DNA of 63,994 bases, the filler included, from Sluysia triapertura (lineage: Eukaryota): NCBI GenBank assembly GCA_046118255.1. It is 5 parts of 5 records of this genome, joined end to end, with 100 filler letters (N's around TTAATTAATTAA, not from the genome) between each part and the next. Parts side by side here need not be neighbours in the genome. Positions count along the whole stretch, not along the records: positions 1 to 11,388 come from JBJNIA010185235.1; positions 11,489 to 22,828 come from JBJNIA010185823.1; 3 more parts are not named here. One strand, written 5' to 3'. Positions 1 through 13,935 of the stretch are shown in pieces; position 1 is the stretch's first letter; every line of letters starts with the position of its first letter. The notes beneath the pieces were generated by a model that was given only the letters and a program-made list of their open reading frames with translations, did not search any database and had not been told where the DNA came from. The translations under genes were made by a program, and so were the position numbers.

Positions 1-372
1 TTAATTTTCTTTATTTTATTAACTTATCTAATTTTCTTAATTTTGTTTTAAAATATTTTATTTATAGAATTTCCTTATTTTATTAACTTAAATTTAAATA
101 TTAATATATTTTATATAATAATAAAAATATTCATTTTACATAAATCAGACAAATAAATATCAATTAAAATAAAATCAAATAAATAAATATCAATGAATTA
201 ATCATGTTAATGTTAAATCAAATAAATAAATATCCAATTAATTAATTCTCGGGACACTTGACACTATGCTCGATATTGTCACATTGACATTGACATTATT
301 CTAACATAAATAATGTTGTTATTTTTATATTTTAATTAATATAATATTATGAATTATTAATATTTGGATTAA

Positions 373-424
<52 letters not shown>

Positions 425-1516
425 TTATTACTATTAGTAAAATAGCATGATCCACTGGATTCTCAAAACTTCCACGATATCTACTGAAATCCTTAACTTT
501 TATTTACCTTTACACCATTTATATGGAAATATGTTTTCTTTGCATTTATCCATATTATAAACTATTGAAAATTTAACTGCTACATAATTTGTACTCAAAA
601 TATTATAAATTCCATTAAAATTAAAAGAAAAATAAATTATTGAATATTTATTAAAAGCGCAAACATTTTTCTTGGCAAGGACAAATTACGCATTTAAGAA
701 AATTTATTTTATCATTTATTTGTTTCTTTTTATCTATTTTCGAAGCTAATTCATCATAGAAATTTTTAGAAGATGAAACTTTCTTTAAAATATCTTGTGA
801 ACTTTTTATTACTCTGATTATTTAATAAATCATTGAACTTAGTTTCATAGTAATCATTTGGTATGACTTTAATAGACGTTTCAAAATCTAAATACTTGGT
901 TAAATCTGGAAAACCAACACTTTTCATTGATTTAAGAGTATACACTTAACGATAATTAGTAATTTTTTATTTATCAAAATAACTAATTGTTATGATGTTT
1001 GCTAAATTTTATAAATTACTAATCAAATCTTCTTTATTGAACCACACTTTAAAAAATAATTTTTATCGTTATTTTTTAATCGACAATAATCACTAAATTT
1101 TTATCTACTAAAGGATTTTCAATTCACAAATTATTATTGTATTCAAGCTAACAAATCGTCTAGAATAATTATCCAACTGCATAAATTAAATCACATATTT
1201 GCATCAGTACAGGTCGTCCACATATCACCAACAACCAAACACATGTGCACATCAATTTGTGAATGCCATTAGATGGTCAATAAAAGAACGTTAATGAGCA
1301 ACTTATTTGTTGCTGTGATTCATATATGTTGATGGGCAACTGTCATTAGTTGGCAGCTAAGAATGTGTATTGAAATTCGTATAATGACAGACACGAAATT
1401 AAAATTATTTGATGCAAAATGGTAGTAAGTAATAATAATGATAATAACGTTCAATAATAATAAAGATAATAATAATAATAAAATAACATTACAATGATAA
1501 ATAATAATACTAAAAT

Positions 1517-1556
<40 letters not shown>

Positions 1557-1925
1557 GAAATAAGATTAAAAATAAATAATAACAATAACAACATACATAA
1601 TTCTTTATAAATATACATCTTATCTTAAAAATAAAAATACATAAAATTCTTCCTTTTAGAAATTTCTTTTTCTTAAAAATTACATGTTCTTTTCTATTGA
1701 ATATAAATATGTAAAGAGATAAGAAGAAGTATAATTGGAAGTGTTAAAAGAAATTCCATTTTGATTATAATTTTGAATTACGTATAGTTTTAATGTTACG
1801 TATAGTTTTAATGTTACCAAATTGTAAACTTAAAATGTTTTGATATAATAACAATTTTTAATGTTTTTAAAGAAATATAATTTTTAATTTAAGTTGGCCA
1901 CCACAATATCCTCTATTAGTCTTCG

Positions 1926-1963
<38 letters not shown>

Positions 1964-3372
1964 GCTTAATAGTTATAATCACAGTTATTATTATAATCAC
2001 TATATTTTATTCTCACTAATACTTTATTATTTATTTATTATTATAAGTAATTTATAAAAAGTTTTTAAATCGATTTAAACTGATTTTCCTTTGTGATAAT
2101 CTGGAGATAATGGATATCTATCCATAAATTCAATATCAGAATTTGAAGATCATCTAGAAACATTAATATATCAAAAGATAAAGCTTTAAAACACATAAGA
2201 AAGAAGATATTTAGAATGTAAAATTTTGCAGTTTTAAGAGGTTACATAGAATGTACAATTTGTAATATTTTATAATATAATATACCAAACAGTTTTATTA
2301 TTTAAATTAAGACATTCTTACAACAATTGACAAAGTTCGTTAGCCGAATTTAAAAGTTTTACGTGAAGAATGAAACCAAATCGAATATATTTAAATCCAT
2401 TCATTTAAACAGCTATTAGAAAATGTTTAAAGTTTGTACGAGTTTGTAAATTGAAATTGAAACATTTTATTGTATTTCTCACGATTTCGAATGTCGACCT
2501 ACATGTCGCAAGAAATGATGTTGATCTTTTACTAATTGTTTTCATGGTTGTTTCTTTTTTATTTTGGTTGGATGTCGTCAAAATAATGATGTAGCGCCTT
2601 TTCTGTATATTTCAGGCATTTAAGCCATTAATGTTTATATATTCAATAAATGTCTTAAGCATTATAAAGATAATACAATTAATTATTCTATTCCGATTAA
2701 TGCCTTGTGCCAGACAAATTAATTAAAAGTAAGTTCTATTTTATTTTTGTTTACCTTCATTCACAAATCTCCCAATTAAAATCACATTAATCATTGTCGA
2801 GAGATTAAACTCGATTATTTTTCAATCTAACGTTATACTAATACTGGAAATTAAATGGTATTACTGCTTAAAATGCGATGAATTATATCTTAAACAAATA
2901 TATCGTTTTCCTATTTTTTCGAAAATAATTACATTCTGAACATCTTAATATATTTGAAAAATTTTGATAATTTGCTTAAGAAATAAATTCAAATTTTAAA
3001 TGGAATTAAAAATATAATTCAAATTACAAAATAAAAGGAAATATATTTACATTTATAATAATAATAATACTAATACTAATAATAATGATTTATAAAAAGC
3101 TTTTAAATAATTCCGAAAAAATTTTCTCACTAAATATCAGCATCAAGATTTTCGTAAGTGGCATTTTATTTTTATTAAAAAATCGGTCATTTTTAACTAA
3201 AACGTCTTTTTTTTATAAAATTCAAAGTACCCAAAAAAATCTACCAATAAAACCTCACTAAATTCTAATTGGCCTATTTTATCAGAAAGCATTTGCTTTT
3301 TATCCCATTAAATTATTATATGGTATAGTTAAAATACTTAAATCATTTGTAGAATTATCATCCAGCTATGTT

Positions 3373-4857
3373 ATGTATAGTTATATTCGAGTTTTTATTT
3401 TGTTTGAGCGTTTAATTGTTTTATTTTTAATATTCAACATAATGCTATCATATGAATTTACTATTCGCCTAAATGTTACAGAAAATGTTTCAGTTGGTAC
3501 TAAAATAGCATCATTATTTGATTTAATTATTCCTCGACCAAAAGAATCTAGTACCGAATTACGTTTATTGAAACATGATTATTTTATTATAGAATATCCG
3601 GATACGTTAATTGTTTCTGGTGATATTGATAGAGATAATAATCCCAACTTATGTAATTCTGAAACTGATGAGAAATTATTTACAAATCATCAGAAAAAAT
3701 TTGATACTATTCGTAAATGTATATGGAAATCTATAATTTTGTCTAGCTCAACTATTGTATATAATATTGAAATAAGAATTATTGATCTTAATGACAACAT
3801 ACCTAAATGGCCATTTGATAATTATTTAATTTCAATTACAGAAGAAGTTGCGAGGGAATCATTTTCTAATGATTTACCTCAAGCATTCGATCCAGATGAA
3901 TATCCGAATAATGTTCAAACTTATACGATTTATCCGCCTTCAAAATATATATACATATCACAAATTAATTTAACTGATTCGAAACCGATACTAAAATTAC
4001 ATCAAAAAATTGATCGTGAATTACTCACATGGCTTAATGTAACTTTGCTGGCTATTGATGGTGCTGATTTATCCACTAATCGTTTTACAGGCACACTGAA
4101 ATTGATTATAAAAATATTAGACATTAACGATAACACACCATTATTTGAGTCATCGCATTACGAAAAAACAATTAATAAAAGTTCATTAATTAATAGTCCA
4201 ATTAAACTCCACATAAAAGCTAATGATTTAGATGAATTTGGTCCAAATAGTCTTGTGACATATAAATTTTCATTAGATGCGCCATTTTTAGTGAAATACT
4301 GTTTCAAAATTAATTCAGAAACAGGAATTATTTCCGTTGCTCGTCCATTAATCAATCAATGTTCACATCCGTTATATAAATTTAATATAACAGCACATGA
4401 TAATGGTAGTCCAATTAGATTTTCAAAAGCTACAATTGTAATTATTATTAAACAAGAAATAATTGATCCACCGATTATCAATATATTTAATTTTTCAAAT
4501 CCAGTTCAAATAATCGAAAATCAATATAAAGAAATGAAAATATTTGATGGTTTTGTTAAGGATCCAAATAGTTTTACAACAGAACTTGATAATCAATTAT
4601 TTTGTGAATTACGTGAAGAAAATGCAGTTAAATTTAAATTAATTATTAATCGAACAGAATTTGCAAATATTTTATTATTAAAAATAATGACAAAAAAAGT
4701 GTTGTTCGATCGTGAAGAGTTGGAATCATTTTCTATCGTTTTGTCTTGTCAATATCGATTAAATATGATATTATCTGCTACTGTAAAAATTAGAGTAGAA
4801 ATTATCGATGTCAACGATAATGGACCTATTTTCGAGAAAGAAATTTATCATTTTGAA
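3373..4857 (+). CDS. Protocadherin-like cadherin, exon 1 (signal peptide, EC1-EC4, start of EC5)
   Basis: The ORF has a hydrophobic N-terminus and cadherin motifs (IDRD, IIDLNDNIP, AFDPD, IDRE, AIDG, ILDINDNTP, ANDLD, AHDNGSP, FDREE, IIDVNDNGP). A donor GAA|GTAAGT at 4858 is in phase 0. A large ectodomain exon is typical of protocadherins. Confidence 0.92.
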
Positions 4858-7800
4858 GTAAGTTATTTTAATTATTAATAAAATGAATTAATAAAAATTT
4901 ATATTTGGAGTTTTAACTTAATTATTAACTTAAATATTTAATTTAATTTTCTTTTTACATGGATTAAAATAATAATTAAAATACTATGAACGTGGTTAGT
5001 CATCATAATTGTTTTTAAAAACATATGAAATTGATATACTTAAAACATTTTAAACTATAAAAAACAGATGTTATTTTTATAAATTATTATTATTTATTAC
5101 ACCACATTTATATTTTCATTACAATCACAGCACGATTTAAATCATACATTTTTATAAAATGCAAATTCAAACTGTTTTTTAGAAAATGTAGCAAAATGAA
5201 AATAAGTAATACTTCATCTTTTACATGCTCTCCTTAGTAACCTTCACGTGAGACGCATGCTTCGTCGCCACTTATTATTATTACTTTTTTTTAAAGTTTT
5301 GTTAGTATTAAATTTAGTTTCCATAATAATCGAATTAAATTTCGAGATATTAAAATTCAGGTGTTTAAAAATTATCAAAGTTGAATTTTTTGTTACATTT
5401 AAAGAAAGTTAGATTTAAAATTTATTGCCGACTTAATGCCAGATGAAACTATGGTAAAATTTATCATATTTAAATGGTAAATAGCACATGAACTAACAAG
5501 GTTATTGGATTTAAAAATAAGTACTGATTTATCATCTAAAATGTTGATAACGGAGCATCATTAAAGTTTTCATTATCGATAGGAACATGATTCCGGTTGA
5601 TAAATGTTACCAATCACATAAGAAAATATATATTCAGAAATATAACGCCACATATGCTTATCAATACTTCTTGATTCATTTAGAGCTTCCGATTTTTGCC
5701 CCATTAACATTATCCATTATAAAGATTATTTTCTGATCAATTATACTAGTATTTTCAAAATCATAAAACGTATTTGAAAGTTACGACTTTATTTGGGTTT
5801 AGTTTTACTGATGCTTGACTAATTTGAAACTTGTAAGGAGTACCAAATGAAGCTTTAAAAAATTTGAGTTTTCTGATTGATTAATTACCTTTACTTTAGG
5901 ATTTAAGTCCGCAACCATTTAATAATAATAATAATGTCAAATTAAATGTTGAAACATTTAATAGATCGTTAATCATAATCTTATTGATTGAAAAATTATG
6001 ATTTATTTATTTTGTATTATTATGCTTTATTTTATCTTTTAATATATTTCTTTTGTATTTTATAATTTAAATAAAACTCTAGGAATAAATTAAAAAATAA
6101 TTATGCAATCATATTCTGATAAATATTTCAATAATATATTTAATTTAAGTTATTAAAAGATTTTAAGAGGATGATATTCTTTGAAACAAGGGTTTTTGCA
6201 CAATCCAACCTTTGCATGCATTACAGTGAAATTTTGTATCTTTTCTTTTTCTCTTCTGTGTACACTAAATATTCTTCTAGATTAAAACTGGCATAAAAAC
6301 GTTCATTATCGAAAACGTGGATATACAATATATTTTATTTAGAAATATAAGACGAAAACTGAAATTGGGGTTGTGTGTTAAACTGATTAACAACATTTTA
6401 TTGATAAAATAGTTCATTTTTCATAAATCCCGCAAAGGGTTAAAAATAAACTTGATTATTATCTCAGAAATAAAATTTCAAATCAATATCATGTTCAATT
6501 AAGTCTTATAATCTTTAGTCATTACAAAATTTCGTGTTTGTATTTTTTGTGTTATCGATTTTGTATGATGAAATTTCGCTAACAAAAGACGTAGCTTCAG
6601 TAGTCGTAGTAGCAAGAAATGAAAGCTGCGTGTGGTAATGGTAACGCAATGTTTTCTGTTGATTTTGATGATTCACAAAGGTGTTTGAAATTGTTGATTT
6701 AACATATCCCGCTTAGTAATGAATTCAATTTATTCGTTTAAGAGATGATTAAGCTTTTAGTGGCAGTGCTAGATGAGTGTTACAGTGATTACGGTGATTG
6801 GTTGATTTAGAAATTTTGTACTAGCGTTACTGTGATATTTTCGAATATATTGAAGATGACGGATTTATATTGTATATGACATGATTATAATGATCGCAAC
6901 GAGCCAATTGATTTCACACATTCGTGATTAGCACGAAGAATTTATGATAAGTGAATAATTGACTATGTACTCTTCGATATGGTGCTACATTAGTTTGAAG
7001 TTGACATAAGTCATGATTCAATGAGTGTGTCGCAATATGCAACAGTAGAATAACAATATATACCTAGAACAATAACAACGATAATTGTAAAGCAACAAAA
7101 ATGACAAATACACTGAATAATAAGGACATTCGATGAAAGCTGTAACTATGACAAAAAAATAGCAATACTAGAATAATGATAATAAAAACTAAAACAAGAC
7201 AATAATAAAAACCGGGTGATAACAATAACAATAATTTTATTATTTATTTTGTTTACTAAATGAGATGGCAAGTGATTATTTCGTTTGTATGCGTGCGTGT
7301 GTGTGCATATGTCAAAGTAAAAACGTAAAAATGAGTATTGTTCGAAGATATTGTTACAGCTAATTGTTTGAGATATGAGTACTGAAAGATGTGTTTGCAT
7401 TTTAATTATTGCCGATAGGTTGTAAATAAATTGTTTGTGTTTTGTTTATTGCGCTTAAATTGTTTATAGTGTTTTAATTGTAGTGTTTTGCTTGTTGTTA
7501 TGTATGTTTAAGGCCAAAGAGGATTGAGGTGACCGCACTACTATTATTATAAATTGTTATTATTAACGAAACATTTCTTTATAAATTAAATGAAATTTTA
7601 CGTTCTCTATATTGAGTTTCGAAACTTTTTCGAATTGCTCTAATCACGGTTTTCACAATTAATTGAAGCAGTAATAAATAAAGTCGATTTAAGAATAAAA
7701 ATAATTTTAGAATTTACAAATAAAATAAATAAAACTTTTTATTTTTATTCTTATTAAAAAAATTCTTTCATATATTTTAATCCTTAATATCGCTTTTATT

Positions 7801-7992
7801 AATACTGTCTTTTTGATATTTTAAAGTAATAATATTAAGTTTTATTTTAAATTTAAGCCTATTTTACTTAATTTTTCTTTTTTACTTAACTTTTTATGCA
7901 ATACTTATTTTGTTTTGAAAATATTTGTTTGAGAAAATATTTAATATCTTATTTTAGATATATTGTTATCTGTTTTAATATTTTTCTTAGTT

Positions 7993-8070
7993 TGTTAGAC
8001 TATATAAAATTGACTGAGTGGGTATCGAACCTGGGACCTCTCTCTGCGCAGTTCGATGCTCCGTCTAACA
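7993..8070 (-). repeat. Degenerate copy of the tRNA-derived cassette, inside the protocadherin intron
   Basis: Aligns to 23040-23139 (atcgaacctgggacct..cgcagttcga) but lacks the A-box part. Bounded by TGTTAGAC...GTCTAACA. Confidence 0.7.
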
Positions 8071-8860
8071 ATTTTTAGATTACCATAGTCTATTATACTA
8101 CATGGCACTTTAAGCCTGTATTTTATCGGTTTTTGTTAAGATGTTACACTATTTTATCGCAATTAAAAAATTCAATGCTATTTAAAGTACGCTATTATCT
8201 TCTCAAGCTCCTATAGCGAACGTGTTAAGATATAAGTAAAGTTTATAAGCATAAAAATAATAGCATCTGTTAAATGTACTTTTCAAAAAGCTCATCATAC
8301 TAGATCTACTATCTATTCATACAGTTTAGTTAAAATAATAATGCTGATTCTATCTACGTCTTTGAAATTAATAAATTTTTTGTGTCAAAATACAGAAATA
8401 TAGTTTCCAAGTTATCGTAAGTTCTTTTGATTCGTTTCATGTATATTTTGTCAATTTTTTACAGAATTCTTAATTCTTATAATTGCACCTTATAATTATG
8501 TTTAATGTGTAAAAGCTTGCACAGAATACACGGTGGTATTAAGTTAAATGATATAAAATCAGTTATCAGCGAGTGTCAAGCCACTGGAAGATTATGAAAA
8601 ATAGATAAATACTGTTTTAAAATTTCCATTTCAATTTCTGCATCATATATAAAAAACAATTATTAACCAATAGAAATGAAACAAAATTAACCAATCGTAT
8701 TTTAAAAGTTCATCATGTAATCGTAATATAACGATAAAATATTACAAGCCTAGTTAAGATAAACTTTGACTTTCTTTTTTAATTTTAAATATTTTTGTTA
8801 TTTTTCAATTACCAATATTAATTTTGTGTTGATTATACAACGAGAAATGTATAATTTTAG

Positions 8861-9088
8861 ATTTCAGAAGAAAATGATAAAGATGAGAAGATAGGTTCTG
8901 TTCACGCTAAAGATGCTGATAAAGAATTAAATGCTGAACTTACATATCGAATTAAACAATGGGAAGCATCAAATATTGATAACTATGACAATATTACACT
9001 AGATTTTCTTTACATTAGCTATAATGGTGACATTTTTGCATACGATAAAATTGATCGAGAAAAATATCCCAATGGATTCAGTTTTCAG
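8861..9088 (+). CDS. Protocadherin exon 2 (EC5); not in the ORF track
   Basis: Acceptor ttttAG at 8859-8860 and donor CAG|GT at 9089. The 228 nt read in phase 0 as ISEENDKDEKIGSVHAKDADKELNAELTYRI...DKIDREKYPNGFSFQ, continuing YHFE from exon 1 across a 4003-nt intron. No further exons were found before the contig end. Confidence 0.9.
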
Positions 9089-9246
9089 GTTATTTATATT
9101 TTATTAATTTATTTTATACTGGAAATAAATATGACAATTTCATAGCATATTTATAAATACAAAAAATGGTCAATAATTCTCATTTTAATGTAAACATTGG
9201 AAATAAAATCGGTTTTATTACGTATAGATGATAGACCTATCATAAT

Positions 9247-9655
9247 TAGGGTTGTTCTCGGTGCACCGGATAAATTTTCTGCATCTGATTTTATCTTATG
9301 AACATGATCGATAAATAAATGACAGTATAATGGTCTTAAAAATCATGACTTTTCATTATCCTTCTTGAGTGTTTTTTGAAATAAAATTCTAGAATATTTA
9401 CAATACATTTCTAATTGGGTAATCAATGTTTTATATGTAATATATATGCATAATATATGCATCTGGTTCTACCTTTATTTTACTAAAAAGCCATCGAAAT
9501 TCATAGCATTATGTTGTAATTTCATTCTTGTTTTTATTATATTATACTTAACTGAATAATACATTATTATTAAATCATTCAGTGGGAGTTTAATTATTGA
9601 GGATGGCTGTTCCCGGTGCACCGGTGCAGGAAAATCCTTCAAAGACCCAGCCCTA
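9247..9655. mobile_element. hAT-type MITE (non-autonomous)
   Basis: Ends TAGGGTTG...CCCAGCCCTA with the subterminal motif cggtgcaccgg repeated near both ends. The 8-bp target duplication is only partly retained. Confidence 0.5.
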
Positions 9656-11388
9656 TTAATTATTAATTATTATAGTTATGTTTCATTGCTTTTATTTAAC
9701 ATTATTATTGTTTCTTAAGCCTAACAATGTAATAAGATAATTCAAATTCAATTTTAAAAACTTAAAAAATTTAGAAATAATTTTAAATATTTACAATATT
9801 AATACAATCAATCTTTGTATTGTATTTATTGTCAAAGTTTTTCAAAATGTTTATCTGTAAAAATAATAATAAAAATGACAATGCACAATATTATTTCAAA
9901 CTTTTATTAATTTTTAAAAGAAAATATATTTAAAAAAGAAAATACTTTAATAAATATAAAAATAAATACTATTAAAAAACAAATAATTCATTATTATTCA
10001 TTTAAAGAAGATTAATAACGGAAAATATGAAACTTTTGCACGATATTGATAGACAGTTTATAATAATAATAATTATTATTATTATTATCATTATATTTAT
10101 CATTATTATTACTATCATTATTATAATTAATGTAATAAAGCATTTATTTAATAAAGTGATTAATTGGAACACATTCTTCGTTTCACTTTATGGTTTAGTG
10201 TAGAACCTACTCTAAAAGTTCACTTTATATTATCTAAATATCCACGAATATTCACTTTACAACTTAAATAACGTTTAAGAAGCTCAAAAACGTATTGAGA
10301 ATAATGCGGAAGAAGTGAGAAAGTAATGTATAAATGCGAATAAAGAAGACACTTAAATAGCAACCAAAAAATGTTACAGATCAAACATAAAGGCTAATAA
10401 AACATAAAACAATATAAATAATAAGGAGCATAGTAAAAATGTCACCTAAATGAGATTATATACACTGTAATTAACAGTTATAAAATCCATAGCATATTAA
10501 CTATTATGTAATTAAATTGGCGAGAAAGTGAAATATCGAGTAGAGAAAAGTTGATTATAGAAAAGGTCTTAAATTCTGAACAGAAATATGTAAAATATGG
10601 TTTTAGTGTGTCTGTAATCTCCTACAATTATAAAAATTAATTAAAAATAAACAATAATTAAGATAATTTTAAAATAAATAAAAAACAATTAAAAGACATT
10701 TAAAAAATTAGAGAATAAACAAATTTAAATTAAATAAATTGCAAAACAAGAAAAAATTCAATTAAACAAATAGGGAAATACATTAAATGAAATTTACTTT
10801 TACAGATAATAAGCACTTAAAAAAGCAATATGTAAAGAGGAGTAAATTTTACATAAGACAAAATAATTATCAATTCCATACGATTTAGCAATTATCATTA
10901 TATTGCAGGAAAAATATCGAATCTTTGTGTATTATTAAGTTTATTATTGATAAGGCTATTCTACTTTAGAGTAGAGCTAAAAATGACGTAAACTTTTAAT
11001 TATTTCTCACAATTAGTTTAAACTAATCATAAAATTTATATTAAAATAATTTATTTGCAATAAATTATTTTATTGTAATAATATATTATTTTTATTATTG
11101 AATTTAACTCGTTTTAGTCATTTTGTGATCACAACAGCTATATTTGATGAATTATTCAATTAATTATTTTCCTCGTGTAGTGTTTCAACCATGCACTATA
11201 ATCCCATATATAAATTCACACAACTCATAATTATACATATCACTACTTCAACTTACGCAATACAAAAATCCTACACTAAAATATATTTAAATTTACCAGC
11301 AATTATATTATATCAAATGAATGTTACACATTATTAATTCATTGTACTCGACATAATTCATAAATTATAAAACTTCAGGCCACAAAAT

Positions 11389-11488
11389 NNNNNNNNNNNN
11401 NNNNNNNNNNNNNNNNNNNNNNNNNNNNNNNNTTAATTAATTAANNNNNNNNNNNNNNNNNNNNNNNNNNNNNNNNNNNNNNNNNNNN
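11389..11488. other. Artificial contig linker N44-TTAATTAATTAA-N44
   Basis: An identical 100-bp structure occurs four times; the 12-mer gives stop codons in all six frames. Confidence 0.97.
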
Positions 11489-13457
11489 CGATCTTATTTT
11501 TAAATGACTGCAGTGGCAAAATATTGATCGTTAGTAATTTTAGCATGAATAAAGGCAAATAAATTTTCCGAATAAATAAAATTTCTAAATCTACTTAATA
11601 ATTTATTTTATCAAACATATTTTAGTTTATATTACCATTTAAATTAAACATTTCCATTATTTAATTTTTAATTTTTAATTTTCCTATATTTTACTTTTAT
11701 TAGTTTTGTTTAAATATTTCTAATGAAATTACAAGAGTTAGATTTTAAAGAAAATATAATAAATGTCATAATATAAATGTATTTTTAAGAATCGAAGCCA
11801 ATCAAAATAACTTTTATCTCTATATTTATTAAAAAGGAAGGATGAATTATTTAAAAGAAAGGTGTGATAAAACTAAAGACATTATATTATCTTTTATTTG
11901 TGATTTAAGTATACAAATTTATATCGCATTAACTCTGTTGATTATAAATACTAATATATATTAATTGCTGATATTCAAAAAAATATATAAAACGTTTATT
12001 GAAGATTAATAAACGCAGTTGTCTTATCCAAAGAAGATATTTTAAAATCTTATCGACAATTTTTAGTAATTAAAAGTTAAAATAAGTGGTTTGTCGAGTT
12101 TTATTAATTAAAAATTATTTCTAAGAAAATATACCTAAGATATATTTGAAGTAAAAACCAAATTAATATTTATAAAGTATTAAAGTATTAAATCAATATT
12201 TATAAAGAATTGATTATTTATGAAGCATCAAAATGAGTGGTTCTTTTACAAAGTCGCAAATATTTGAATTCTCATTTCAGAAAATGATTCTTTTATGGGT
12301 TATTAATAGTTCTGTTATTAGGCTATCAGAAATAGTACTATTATTTTCGAAGAGTTATTTTTGAAAATGCATCTGAATATTGGAATGCGTTTAGGTTATT
12401 GCAACACGTACTTAAACTTTCGTAATTGTAGTCTATTTCAATAATCTCGTATAAATACAAAATTAGACATAAATGTAAAGCAATCAATTAATAATCGGAG
12501 TAAACTAAACAAGAATACATTATCTCATTTAGTTAAAATTGTAAGTTCTTGGAAACAAGGTTAATAAAATATCTTTGAAAATGATAGATTTTGCGACAAT
12601 ATTGAAGAATATCTAATAAATACTTCTTCAAGATTTGATATTCTTACATTTATCAACGGTTAATAGTTTAAATTGTTAATGCCATTTGATTTTTGATCAT
12701 GAATAATCATTTTTGGCAAACTGCAAAAAATGTGATTATTAAAAAAAGAAGTTGACAATCATAAAGACCAAATTCTCTAAACAATGTAGTTTTAATTTTT
12801 ATACTCCGTGTATTTAAGTCTGTTTTAGTAATATGGAAATGTAAATATATAAATTATTGATGCATTATTAATAGTCTAATTTTTTGTTATCTTAATCATT
12901 ATTATAAGACATAAAATTAGTTTATATATTAAACATTCTTTTTCGTTTTAAGATTAATTTCATCACTTGAATGATAATTAATTATAAAATTTTTAATTTG
13001 ACGTTTGTTATTAATTAATTTAAATTTATTTCATTATTAATGTCAATTAGAATTTTTATCAAATCTTTAAAAAATTCAAAATAAATTCTTCTTTGAACTT
13101 TCTCTTCTTTCACTTGAATGAACATTATCAGTATCGGAGGAGATTGACAACAAGACGAACCTCTGTCAAATTAATACACAGTAGTAATTACGAAAATAAA
13201 ATTTTGTTGTTATTGTATCAATCAAATTAGTCATAATTTTTATCCATTAATGACTTTAAAATCACACTATAATAAATATTATATTAATGAAAACATAAGT
13301 ACATTAATATCAATAAAAATTCATACAGACGCATTATGCAGTACTATTTAGCGTTAATAACATTAATAATGCTAAGATACGCAATTAAGACAATTATTAT
13401 GTATGATATTTCTTAAATTTCCACCAAATTTGATTTTTAAATATAAATAATATATAT

Positions 13458-13935
13458 TATATTGGATTGGCAAGAATGAAATTTGTATGTAATAATATTG
13501 CCAACTTTAGCAGCTTATTATTTGTCTTATCTTGCCTGTTTAAAGAAATCATCGTAAACTCTAAAAAATATATTAAAAACTCCTATGAAAATGGAACGGT
13601 CAGAAATTAAAACTATTATGAAGTAAAAGTTCTTATGTTTAACTATGGCACCGCAGACCATGTGAAACATTGATAGTATATTTGGTTCTAGTATGAATTC
13701 TTGGTAGACAGTATCAAATTGAGTAGCCAAATGTCTTACAAGTAACTTTGACCTCAAAAATGAGCACTGCAGCCACCCAGAATCCAAGATCTAACTAAAG
13801 GTAACACTATTAATTCATTTAGCTCAAATCAGTAAGGTGAAAAAGTTTAATAAATGAGTTTCACATGAACTGAATTAGAAACAGAAATAAAAGCGTTTTG
13901 AAGTTTGTTTGTTGTTGCTGACTACATAACTGTAA
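13458..13935 (+). mobile_element. Decayed mariner transposon (TIR-like 5' end and N-terminal transposase pseudogene)
   Basis: From ATG 13591 it reads MERSEIKTIMK*KFLC...NIDSIFG...TVSN*VAK...NFDLKNEH.SHPESKI, then IHLAQISKVKKFNK*VSHEL, the mariner WVPHEL motif. Multiple stops. TA-TATTGGATTGG at about 13458 resembles a mariner TIR. Confidence 0.8.

Noticed and set aside
2080-2160. Faint Tc1/mariner fragments (minus-strand MDRYPLSPD here; similar traces near 50650-50930 and 57470-57550)
   Set aside because: These are single short motifs without boundaries, too weak to annotate by eye.
13527-13787. 86-aa minus-strand ORF
   Set aside because: It is antisense to the mariner transposase relic.
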